Sequence record: SRR20825006_392
Length of the DNA: 40,746 nucleotides
Reading direction: 5' to 3' (one strand)
Positions 1 through 8,434 of this stretch are shown here, in pieces. The position numbers were made by a program, and so were the translations under genes. Positions within the stretch are counted from its first letter, which is position 1. Every line of letters begins with the position of its first letter. The notes beneath the pieces were generated by a model. It saw only the letters and a list, made by a program, of their open reading frames with translations. It had not been told where the DNA came from and did not search any database.

Positions 1-1350
1 CATCATGGTGTTGTCGCGGAAGAACAATTCGTTCTGCACACCCGCATAACCGGCTGACATGCCCCGCTTCAAGAACAGCACCGTGCCTGCATTTTCAACG
101 TCCAAAATCGGCATGCCGAAAATTGGCGACGCAGGGTCGGTTTTCGCGGCCGGGTTGGTCACGTCATTCGCGCCAATCACAAAGGCCACATCTGCCTGAG
201 AAAACTCAGAGTTGATGTCTTCAAGCTCAAACACCTCGTCATAAGGCACATTCGCTTCCGCCAACAATACGTTCATATGTCCCGGCATACGGCCCGCCAC
301 AGGGTGAATGGCATATTTCACTTCAACGCCCTCAGCCTTAAGCAAATCAGCCATTTCACGCAGGGCATGTTGGGCTTGCGCCACAGCCATACCATAACCC
401 GGTACGATCAACACTTTTGACGCGTTTTTCATCAAGAAAGCGGCATCATCCGCCGCGCCAGATTTGACCGGACGCGTCTCTTCTTCACCGCTTGCCGCCG
501 CAGAAGAATCGGACCCAAAGCCGCCAAGGATCACCGAGATAAAGCCACGGTTCATCGCCTTACACATAATGTAAGACAGAATCGCACCTGATGAACCCAC
601 AAGCGCACCGGTGATGATCAAAGCGGTGTTGCCCAAGGTGAATCCAATGCCTGCTGCGGCCCAGCCTGAATAGGAGTTCAGCATAGACACAACAACAGGC
701 ATATCCGCGCCACCAATCGGGATAATCAGCAGGCCACCAAGAACCAATGCGAGGATTGTGATCAGCCAGAAGTAAATTGGATCAGCTGTTTGCACAAACA
801 GCACAACCAAAACAACCAATGCCACAGCAATCGCGATATTGATCAAGTGCCGTGCGGGCAACATGATTGGCGCGCCGGACATACGGCCATCCAATTTCAA
901 AAAGGCAATCACAGAACCGGTAAAGGTCAAGGCACCAATCGCAGCGCCAAGGCTCATTTCAACAAGGCTCGCCCCGTGAATATCACCCGGTATACCAATG
1001 CCGAAAGCCTGCGGCGCATAAAGCGCGGCTGCGGCCACGAACACAGCAGCCAAGCCCACGAGCGAGTGGAACGCTGCCACCAATTGCGGCATGGAAGTCA
1101 TCGGCACCCGGCGGGCGATAACCGCGCCAATGCCACCACCAATGGCGATACCACCAATGATCAAGCCAATAGCCAAGGGATCTTTCGGTCCGGCAACCAA
1201 CAGGGTGGTCACAACGGCAATCGCCATACCGATCATGCCATAATTATTGCCCTGACGAGCAGTAGTGGGGTGAGACAATCCGCGTAACGCCAGAATGAAC
1301 AAAACCCCAGCGGCCAAATAAAGAAGGGCCGCAATATTTGCAGAAATCAT
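1..1350 (-). CDS. pntB: NAD(P) transhydrogenase subunit beta (3' end runs off the window)
   Basis: Not in the ORF track; translated by hand from ATG at 1350: MISANIAALLYLAAGVLFILALRGLSHP..., with later motifs GGADMPVVVSMLNSYSGWAA, VPGYGMAVAQAQH, HPVAGRMPGHMNVLLAEA and VIGANDVTNPAA; directly downstream of pntAb. Confidence 0.97.
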   Translation of the reverse strand, partial: MISANIAALLYLAAGVLFILALRGLSHPTTARQGNNYGMIGMAIAVVTTLLVAGPKDPLAIGLIIGGIAIGGGIGAVIARRVPMTSMPQLVAAFHSLVGLAAVFVAAAALYAPQAFGIGIPGDIHGASLVEMSLGAAIGALTFTGSVIAFLKLDGRMSGAPIMLPARHLINIAIAVALVVLVVLFVQTADPIYFWLITILALVLGGLLIIPIGGADMPVVVSMLNSYSGWAAAGIGFTLGNTALIITGALVGSSGAILSYIMCKAMNRGFISVILGGFGSDSSAAASGEEETRPVKSGAADDAAFLMKNASKVLIVPGYGMAVAQAQHALREMADLLKAEGVEVKYAIHPVAGRMPGHMNVLLAEANVPYDEVFELEDINSEFSQADVAFVIGANDVTNPAAKTDPASPIFGMPILDVENAGTVLFLKRGMSAGYAGVQNELFFRDNTMM

Positions 1351-1356
1351 TATGGA

Positions 1357-1713
1357 TTATCCCTTCTTTTTATACATAGCCAGCATGCGCTGCGTGACCA
1401 GAAAGCCGCCGAAAATATTGATGCTCGCCAATATGAGCGCAATAAAGCCAAACCAACGGGCTGGTCCCTGATCATCAACCAGAGAAATACCCACGGCCAG
1501 CAATGCGCCCACCACGATCACAGAAGAAATCGCATTGGTGACGGACATCAATGGCGTATGCAATGCGGGCGTAACGCTCCACACCACATAATAACCCACA
1601 AAAATTGCGAGGACGAAAATTGCAAGGCGGAAGGTGAACGGATCAATTGTTCCTTCAGTTGCCGCGCCTGCTGCAGCGGCCGCACCGCTTGCCATAAGCT
1701 CCATTACAACCAT
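1357..1713 (-). CDS. pntAb: NAD(P) transhydrogenase subunit alpha, part 2 (membrane domain)
   Basis: [18 protein letters not shown] and [17 protein letters not shown] motifs; GGAGG SD upstream of the start. Confidence 0.96.
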   Translation of the reverse strand: MVVMELMASGAAAAAGAATEGTIDPFTFRLAIFVLAIFVGYYVVWSVTPALHTPLMSVTNAISSVIVVGALLAVGISLVDDQGPARWFGFIALILASINIFGGFLVTQRMLAMYKKKG

Positions 1714-2856
1714 TTACGCCTCCTTCTTTTCAACAAAAGCGGGGTGAACCATCGCCCCGTCACGGGCAAGATTAGTGGCCGCAACCAGCTCATCTTCCCA
1801 ATTAATGGCAAGTTCCTGCTTTTCCTTGTCGATCAAGGTTTCAAGGAAGGCCAAAAGGTTCTTCGCATAAAGTTGTGAGGCTGAAGCCGCCAAACGGCTT
1901 GGCAAATTCTCATAGCCAATAATCTTCACGCCTTTATGGTCGACCACTTCACCGCGCTTGGACACTTCAACATTGCCACCGCGCTCAACAGCCATATCCA
2001 CAATCACCGAACCCGGTGCCATAGATTCAACCATCTTCTTGGTGATCAATTTCGGGGCCGGACGGCCCGGAATAAGCGCTGTGGTGATCACAATATCCTG
2101 CTTGGCGATGTGCGCGGAAACCAACTCAGCCTGTTTGGCTTGATATTCCTTGCTCATCTCCTTGGCGTAGCCGCCTGCAGTCTCTGCTTCTTTGAACTCC
2201 TCATCTTCAACGGCAACAAATTTACCGCCCAAAGATTCAACTTGCTCTTTAGCAGCTGGCCGCACGTCTGTAGCTGAAACAACGGCGCCCAAACGTTTGG
2301 CCGTTGCGATGGCTTGCAAGCCTGCAACACCAGCACCCATGACAAAGGTTTTAGCTGGCCGCACAGTGCCGGCCGCCGTCATCATCATCGGGAAAGCCCG
2401 ATCGAAAGCATATGAAGCCTCGATCACCGCTTGATAGCCCGCAAGGTTCGCCTGTGAGGACAACACGTCCATCACCTGCGCCCGGGTAATCCGCGGCATA
2501 AACTCCATGGTGAACAGGGCATAGCCTGCTTTCGCCAAGGCCCCGATTTCTTTTTCATGGCCAAATGGGTCGAGCATGCCCATCACCAGCGCATTTTTCT
2601 TTGCGCCTTTCAGCAATTCAGGTGTGGGGCGACGCACCGTCAACACCACATCCGCGCCCTTTACTGCGGTTGCGGCAGAAGTTGAAATACTTGCCCCCGC
2701 ATCCTTATAGTCCTTATCCAAAAGGCGCGACCCTTCACCCGCGCCTTTCTCTATTGCGACAGTAGCGCCCAAACCCACATATTTGGCCACCACTTCCGGG
2801 GTGACCGCCACACGGGTCTCATTGGCCGATTGCTCGCGCAAAACCGCTATTCTCAT
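1714..2856 (-). CDS. pntAa: NAD(P) transhydrogenase subunit alpha, part 1 (NAD-binding dI domain)
   Basis: ETRVAVTPE, MPRITRAQVMDVLSSQANLAGY, GAGVAGLQAIATA and TTALIPGRPAPKLI motifs. Confidence 0.97.
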   Translation of the reverse strand: MRIAVLREQSANETRVAVTPEVVAKYVGLGATVAIEKGAGEGSRLLDKDYKDAGASISTSAATAVKGADVVLTVRRPTPELLKGAKKNALVMGMLDPFGHEKEIGALAKAGYALFTMEFMPRITRAQVMDVLSSQANLAGYQAVIEASYAFDRAFPMMMTAAGTVRPAKTFVMGAGVAGLQAIATAKRLGAVVSATDVRPAAKEQVESLGGKFVAVEDEEFKEAETAGGYAKEMSKEYQAKQAELVSAHIAKQDIVITTALIPGRPAPKLITKKMVESMAPGSVIVDMAVERGGNVEVSKRGEVVDHKGVKIIGYENLPSRLAASASQLYAKNLLAFLETLIDKEKQELAINWEDELVAATNLARDGAMVHPAFVEKKEA

Positions 2857-2941
2857 GCCAGTTCCTTTTCAGTTGCGCACATACAAGGTGATGCGCCGCC
2901 CCCCAACCAAATGCGGCACGATGATGATTTGTCGCTATGCG

Positions 2942-3073
2942 TTAGGCGACAAACCAGAGATAAAGCGCAATCAAAACCACAGCGATAATGATGGCTGACC
3001 ATTTGGCCAACTGCAAAAATCCGTGATAAGTTTTGGATTGCTCTTCATAAAGTTTTTCAGCTTCGGTGCTCAT
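2942..3073 (-). CDS. aa3-type cytochrome c oxidase subunit IV (43 aa)
   Basis: Below the ORF-track cutoff; hand translation MSTEAEKLYEEQSKTYHGFLQLAKWSAIIIAVVLIALYLWFVA; GGAG SD; TYxGF..KW followed by one TM helix typical of this family; position upstream of pntA is common in alphaproteobacteria. Confidence 0.85.
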   Translation of the reverse strand: MSTEAEKLYEEQSKTYHGFLQLAKWSAIIIAVVLIALYLWFVA

Positions 3074-3085
3074 TCTTTTCTCCAG

Positions 3086-4888
3086 TTAGTGAGATTGATC
3101 CAACGCTTCTAATTCGTCGATCAATCCTTCAATCATCCCCAACCCAAGTGACCAGAAATCTGGATCTTTGGCATCCAAGCCAAATGGGGCAAGTAATTCT
3201 GAATGGTGCTTTGATCCACCTGCTTTGAGCAGGTCAAAATACCGTTCAACAAATCCGTCGTCAGATTGCTGGTATTTCGCATAAAGCGAGTTCACCAAGC
3301 AATCACCAAACGCATAGGCATATACATAAAATGGCGCGTGAATGAAATGCGGTATATATGACCAAAAGGTCTCATATCCCTCATTTAGTTCAACAGATGG
3401 GCCAAGGCTTTCTCGGCTGGTCTCCAGCCAGATTTGCTCAAGCTCTTCACTGCGCAATTCGCCCTCGCGGCGTTTGATGTGCACCGTACGCTCAAAACTA
3501 TAAAACGAGATCTGCCGCACAACGGTGTTCAACATGTCCTCAACCTTGCCAGACAAAAGCGCAAAACGCTGCTGCGGATCATCGGTTGATTTCAGCAAAG
3601 AGCGGAAGGTCAACATTTCACCGAACACACTAGCGGTCTCTGCCAGCGTAAGCGGCGTTTGTGCCATCAAGGCCCCTTGATCAGCAGCCAACACCTGATG
3701 CACCCCATGGCCCAACTCATGCGCCAATGTCATCACATCGCGCGCTTTGCCCAAATAATTGAGCATCAAATAGGGATGCGCACTCGGCACTGTCGGGTGA
3801 GCAAAAGCCCCAGGCGCTTTACCATCACGCACAGGCGCGTCAATCCAGCCACTATTGAAGAAAGGCTTGGCCACGTCTGCAAGCTGTGGTGAAAAGTCTG
3901 CATAAGCATCCATCACCATTTTTTGCGCGCTGTCCCAATCGAAAATTCGGTCATCGCTTGTAGGCAATGGCGCATTGCGGTCCCAAGCGTTCAGCTTTTC
4001 TTGCCCCAGCCATTTGGCTTTCATTTTGTAATAGCGGTGCGACAAACGCGGATAAGCATCACGCACGGCTTTTTCCAGCGCGTCCACCACTTCCCGCTCA
4101 ACCGAGTTGGCCATGTGGCGGCTATCCGCCACATCTTCATAGCCCCGCCAACGATCAGAAATCTCTTTATCCTTGGCCAGCACATTGGTGATGTGCGTGA
4201 AAAGACGTTTGTTCTCGCCCAACGTGCCCACAAGACCTTTATAAGCAGCTTCCCGCTTGGTTTGGTCCTTGTCAGTCATCATGGTCAATGTCGGCTCAAG
4301 CGACAATTCTTCGCCATCAACATCAAACTTCAGGCTGGCCATGGTTTCATCAAACAGCCGATTCCATGCAGACCGGCCAGTGACGGACTTGTCGTGGAAC
4401 AGCTCTTCCACCCGATCTTCAAGTTGATAAGGCTTGGCTTTGCGCAATTCATCAAACCAAGGCTTGTAACGCGCCAGAGCTTTATCTTCGGCCAATGCCT
4501 TGTCCAACACATCATCTTCAATGCGGTTCAGCTCAAGCGAGAAAAACAACAATGGTGTAGTGAGGCTTGTCAGCTTCTCGTTCAAATCGCCCATAAATTT
4601 GGCACGTTCACCATCGGCTGTGTTTTGCGCATATTGCAAATAGGCGAAAGATCCCAAACGCCCCATCTTGTCCGACATGGCTTCATAGCGGGTAATGGCA
4701 TCTACCAAGCCACCCTTTTCAGCCAACTCTGCCAATTTGCCTTTAAAATCAGCCGCGAATTGCTTTGCCTCTTGCTCACAATCCGACAAGTCTTTCTTAA
4801 GTTCTTCGCTATCCTGCCCCGGATAAAGATCAGTCAAATCCCACTCAGGCATCACCCCAAGCGTTTGCGCGAGATCTTCATTACTCAT
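3086..4888 (-). CDS. pepF: M3 family oligoendopeptidase F
   Basis: PEWDLTDLY N-terminus, TLAHELGHGVH zinc motif, AETASVFGE, IPHFIHAPFYVYAYAFG; start chosen at MSNEDL (the ORF extends to 4903). Confidence 0.93.
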   Translation of the reverse strand: MSNEDLAQTLGVMPEWDLTDLYPGQDSEELKKDLSDCEQEAKQFAADFKGKLAELAEKGGLVDAITRYEAMSDKMGRLGSFAYLQYAQNTADGERAKFMGDLNEKLTSLTTPLLFFSLELNRIEDDVLDKALAEDKALARYKPWFDELRKAKPYQLEDRVEELFHDKSVTGRSAWNRLFDETMASLKFDVDGEELSLEPTLTMMTDKDQTKREAAYKGLVGTLGENKRLFTHITNVLAKDKEISDRWRGYEDVADSRHMANSVEREVVDALEKAVRDAYPRLSHRYYKMKAKWLGQEKLNAWDRNAPLPTSDDRIFDWDSAQKMVMDAYADFSPQLADVAKPFFNSGWIDAPVRDGKAPGAFAHPTVPSAHPYLMLNYLGKARDVMTLAHELGHGVHQVLAADQGALMAQTPLTLAETASVFGEMLTFRSLLKSTDDPQQRFALLSGKVEDMLNTVVRQISFYSFERTVHIKRREGELRSEELEQIWLETSRESLGPSVELNEGYETFWSYIPHFIHAPFYVYAYAFGDCLVNSLYAKYQQSDDGFVERYFDLLKAGGSKHHSELLAPFGLDAKDPDFWSLGLGMIEGLIDELEALDQSH

Positions 4889-4999
4889 GCATCGGTCTTT
4901 CATTTAGCGTCAATTTGGCGCAAACCTTATCATATGCGTTTCGCTTGCCAAGACCGTATTACATGAAGGGCGTTCCCCATCCCGCCCAAATCCGCAAAA

Positions 5000-5707
5000 C
5001 TAAATGTCCCAGTCCATAAAATGTGCGGTAAACATCAAGCTATCAACGAAGCCATGCGCCAATATAAGCGGCCAAAGATTGCGCTTGTAGGCAAAATACA
5101 AAAGCCCCAACCAAAAGGCGACAATTCCGGTGACAACAAAGCCCCGCAATCCTTGATAATAATAATGAGCATAGCCAAACGTCACAGCAGCAAATAGAGC
5201 GGACAAAATCCATTTGTGCGGCACGCCATCAAAGAGGCGTTGGGCGCGACTTATGAAAAAACCGCGGAAAAATATCTCTTCGCCAAAGGCGGCGCTGGTC
5301 CAAACCACCAAGAGCCAAAGAAGATAAAGCCCAAGATTTCCTTTTAGATCACCCCAGCGCTCTGCCCCGACACCGGACGCCTCCATGAAATCAGTCCACC
5401 CCATATGCTGGGCAAGCAGCAACAGCATTGCGGAAAAGCCAATAATGCCCGCCATGCCCACAAGGGCTTGCGGCAGCAGCAGCAATTTTGCTTTCCAACC
5501 AAACAAAGGCCGAAGCCCCAATTCCGACCATTGTTCATTTCGCAGACGCAGATAGATGCCGAGCACGATCAGCGTAAAGATCATGGAGATCGGACCAGAA
5601 AATTGCCAAGTGAGCGGGTCAACCAGCGCTTTAGTGCCAAACAAAATGGTCACAAAACCAATCAATTCAGCCAAGCTACGCCAGCGGGGATTTAGAAGAT
5701 CGAGCAT
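5000..5707 (-). CDS. CPBP (CAAX/Abi) family intramembrane metalloprotease
   Basis: EEIFFRG, FGYAHYY and LILAHGFVD motifs, multiple TM segments; start uncertain (5707 or 5716). Confidence 0.88.
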   Translation of the reverse strand: MLDLLNPRWRSLAELIGFVTILFGTKALVDPLTWQFSGPISMIFTLIVLGIYLRLRNEQWSELGLRPLFGWKAKLLLLPQALVGMAGIIGFSAMLLLLAQHMGWTDFMEASGVGAERWGDLKGNLGLYLLWLLVVWTSAAFGEEIFFRGFFISRAQRLFDGVPHKWILSALFAAVTFGYAHYYYQGLRGFVVTGIVAFWLGLLYFAYKRNLWPLILAHGFVDSLMFTAHFMDWDI

Positions 5708-5712
5708 AATCA

Positions 5713-5750
5713 CCATCCTAAATAATAATGTTGAATGGGATTTAGGATGG
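5713..5750. promoter_or_regulatory. 11-bp perfect inverted repeat overlapping the CPBP gene ribosome-binding site
   Basis: CCATCCTAAAT (5713-5723) and ATTTAGGATGG (5740-5750), 16-nt spacer. Confidence 0.5.
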
Positions 5751-5780
5751 GGCAACTTGGGAATATAGAACGATTGTGCG

Positions 5781-6578
5781 TTAGCGCGCCAAACGTTGCC
5801 ATTGCCCTGGTGTCAGGCCAATAATTTTTCGGAAATGGCGCGTTAGATGGCTCTGATCAGCAAAACCGCAACTGGCTGCAATATGGGCCAACCCATCACC
5901 CACTTTGAGTTTTTCTTGCGCCTGCTCAATGCGCCGCATCAGCAAATAACGATAGGGGCTGGTGCCCAGCGCCGCACGAAAGTCGCGCGACAATTGCCAT
6001 CGATCGATTTGTGCAACTTGCGCCAACGTCTCGATGGAAACTTGGTCAAATATATGCGCATCCAAAAATTGCTGCGCCCGACATACTGCGGGCCAATTGA
6101 CCAACGCCCCTTGAGGCTCTGTGTCCCCTGATGCCTCTTGCAGGGCAAAAATCAGTTCACAAATCAAATCATTTTGCGCCAGTTCATCTAAAGACTGAGG
6201 CTCGATCAAGATAGATTTAACGGCGCGAGTTAAACGGGGATGGGTCGAAAGTCCGTTTTCAATGTAGGGCAATGGCGCGCCACCCAACACATCTTGCACC
6301 ATTTTTGGCGCAAGATAGAGCGTGCGAAAACGGAACCCATGCTCAGTTCCAGCTCGACCGTCATGCAGCTCATCAGGATGCAACACAACGACACCGCCTG
6401 CTTGGGAATGGCGCGTCTCTCCGCGATAATCAAAGCTTTGCACCCCTGCCAAAGTAAGCGCAATCGCATAGGTGTCGTGCGCATGGCGGCTAAACTGAAA
6501 CCGCTGCAAATAAGCATCCACCCATGGCAAAGTGCCCTCGTGCCATTTGATCCAACTTTGCCGATCAAGATCAAGCAT
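5781..6578 (-). CDS. AraC family transcriptional regulator (cupin-type ligand domain + HTH)
   Basis: FSRHAHDTYAI..HPDELHDG N-domain; C-terminal GFADQSHLTRHFRKIIGLTPGQW; GGGAG SD before ATG 6578. Confidence 0.93.
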   Translation of the reverse strand: MLDLDRQSWIKWHEGTLPWVDAYLQRFQFSRHAHDTYAIALTLAGVQSFDYRGETRHSQAGGVVVLHPDELHDGRAGTEHGFRFRTLYLAPKMVQDVLGGAPLPYIENGLSTHPRLTRAVKSILIEPQSLDELAQNDLICELIFALQEASGDTEPQGALVNWPAVCRAQQFLDAHIFDQVSIETLAQVAQIDRWQLSRDFRAALGTSPYRYLLMRRIEQAQEKLKVGDGLAHIAASCGFADQSHLTRHFRKIIGLTPGQWQRLAR

Positions 6579-6669
6579 TGCATCTCCCTTTTCACAACAG
6601 ATGGGGCAACACGTCACGCAATCAAGAACAGAGGCTAAAACACACTTTAGACAGTTGAATTAAATATCC

Positions 6670-6684
6670 TTAATCCACTGTTAA
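6670..6684. promoter_or_regulatory. Putative CtrA binding site
   Basis: TTAA-TCCACTG-TTAA (TTAA-N7-TTAA) 77 bp upstream of the tacA-like gene; extra TTAA at 6660-6663; GANTC site at 6724-6728. Confidence 0.7.
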
Positions 6685-6761
6685 GAACTCGGACCTAGCC
6701 TGACCCAAATTAGGACAGTTTGTGATTCGACAGGCATTTAGCCGGTCAAATAAGAGAGCTT

Positions 6762-8219
6762 ATGGCCAATATTCTTGTTATTGATGACGATCCCATTCAA
6801 TGTCGCCTGAGCGAAGAGATGCTCAAAGCCCATGGATATGAGCCAATAATCGCTCAATCCGGCGCTGAAGGATTGGCCATTTTGGAAAGCCAAAACATTC
6901 AAGCTGTCATCCTTGATCTGGTAATGCCAGAGATGGACGGCATGACTGTTTTGAGCGAAATGCGCGAACAAGGCTTCAATATGCCTGTGATTGTGCAAAC
7001 AGCACATCCAGACATTGAAAACATTGTTTCTGCGATCCGCCTCGGCGCAACAGACTTTTTCTCCAAGCCGATTTCGCAAGAGCGCTTGGTCATTTCATTG
7101 CAAAACGCACTAAAGCGCTTTGATTTGGAAAATTGCCTACGCACAGAAACCCATCGGCACAAAGGCGCCCTTAGCTTCAAAGATATGGCCGCCATTTCGC
7201 CCGCCATGCAAAAATCCATCACCCATGGCGAGAAAGCTGCCGCCACTCAAATTCCTGTGCTGATCGAAGGCGAAGCTGGCACTGGGCGCGACATGATGGC
7301 CCGCGCCATCCATCATCACGCCAAACGTAGCGGCAAACCTTTCATAGCTTTGAACTGCTCAACAATCGACGCGGATGAGCTGGACGAAATGCTTTTCGGT
7401 TCATTGGAATCAGGCAAAAAGAACGCATTTGAACAAGCGCAAGGCGGCACCCTCTATCTTGATGAAATCGGCGCCCTATCTCTTGAGCTGCAAGGCAAGC
7501 TGCTTGCGCTATTCACCGAAAAGAAACTCAGCACATCCGCAGATGATTTTGCGCCTTATGATGTGCGCCTGATTTGCGCCACCTCTAAACGCTTGCTGAA
7601 CCTGACCAAGCAGAAACATTTCCGCGAAGACCTTTATTATCGGCTTAATATCTTCCCAATTTACATGCCGCCATTGCGTGATCGTGTGGAAGATATTGAA
7701 GCATTGGCCAACCACTTCATCACGAAGTTTTCCGTCGCCGAGGGTCGGCGCATTGAAGGCTGTACAGCCGAAACAATCGAAATGCTGTGCCAATATGAAT
7801 GGCCGGGCAATGTGCGCCAGCTTGAAAATGCCATCTATCGCGCAATTTTGCTCACTGAAGATGGTCGCCTCACTCCGAATGAGTTTCCACAGATTCAAAC
7901 CTCACTCCAAGGCGCAGAAAAATTACGCGCAGCGCTAAAATCCATGTCGCCGCAGGTCACCCCTGATCATATTGACGCGGCAACCAGCTCCATCACACCG
8001 CTAAAACCGGCCAAAAAACCGGCTAGAGACCGCTTCCTGACAGAAGAAGGTCGGGTGAATAATTTGGCACAGGTGGAAAAAGAACTCATTGAATTTGCAT
8101 TGAAAAAGCACAATGGCAAAATGAGCGCTGTTGCTCGTGCGCTGGGCATTGGCCGCTCCACCCTTTACCGCAAGCTCAAAGAATATGGGTTGGACAGCGA
8201 TCAATCCGACGCCGCTTAG
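6762..8219 (+). CDS. NtrC-family response regulator (REC-AAA+-Fis HTH), TacA-like, lacking GAFTGA
   Basis: REC domain (IDDD, LDLVMP, QT, KP); AAA+ domain (LYLDEIG, FREDLYYRL, WPGNVRQLEN); HTH (VARALGIGRSTLYRKL); the TacA assignment is inferred from the CtrA box and neighbourhood. Confidence 0.85.
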   Translation: MANILVIDDDPIQCRLSEEMLKAHGYEPIIAQSGAEGLAILESQNIQAVILDLVMPEMDGMTVLSEMREQGFNMPVIVQTAHPDIENIVSAIRLGATDFFSKPISQERLVISLQNALKRFDLENCLRTETHRHKGALSFKDMAAISPAMQKSITHGEKAAATQIPVLIEGEAGTGRDMMARAIHHHAKRSGKPFIALNCSTIDADELDEMLFGSLESGKKNAFEQAQGGTLYLDEIGALSLELQGKLLALFTEKKLSTSADDFAPYDVRLICATSKRLLNLTKQKHFREDLYYRLNIFPIYMPPLRDRVEDIEALANHFITKFSVAEGRRIEGCTAETIEMLCQYEWPGNVRQLENAIYRAILLTEDGRLTPNEFPQIQTSLQGAEKLRAALKSMSPQVTPDHIDAATSSITPLKPAKKPARDRFLTEEGRVNNLAQVEKELIEFALKKHNGKMSAVARALGIGRSTLYRKLKEYGLDSDQSDAA

Positions 8220-8434
8220 CCCTTGAGCGCTTTTTTGCAACACAAGCAGAAATTTGTAAGGAATTTGTGGTAACAATTTCGCGAAACGCTTGGTGAGCAA
8301 GCCATTCTTGGCTATAAACAGAGCGCTTTTGGAGTCGCATGCTGGGGCGCGACCAATTGGTTGTGGGACATATTTGCTGGAATTCGATCCGCAAAACCAC
8401 AACAAACAAAGTTGCGGGATTAAAAGGGATTGAA

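Noticed and set aside
1357..2856. Split pntA as a possible broken gene
   Set aside because: The two-gene PntAa/PntAb arrangement is established in alphaproteobacteria such as Rhodospirillum rubrum, and pntAb has its own SD
8339..8434. Upstream in-frame start for the L,D-transpeptidase
   Set aside because: The signal peptide and an AAGGGA SD fit ATG 8435
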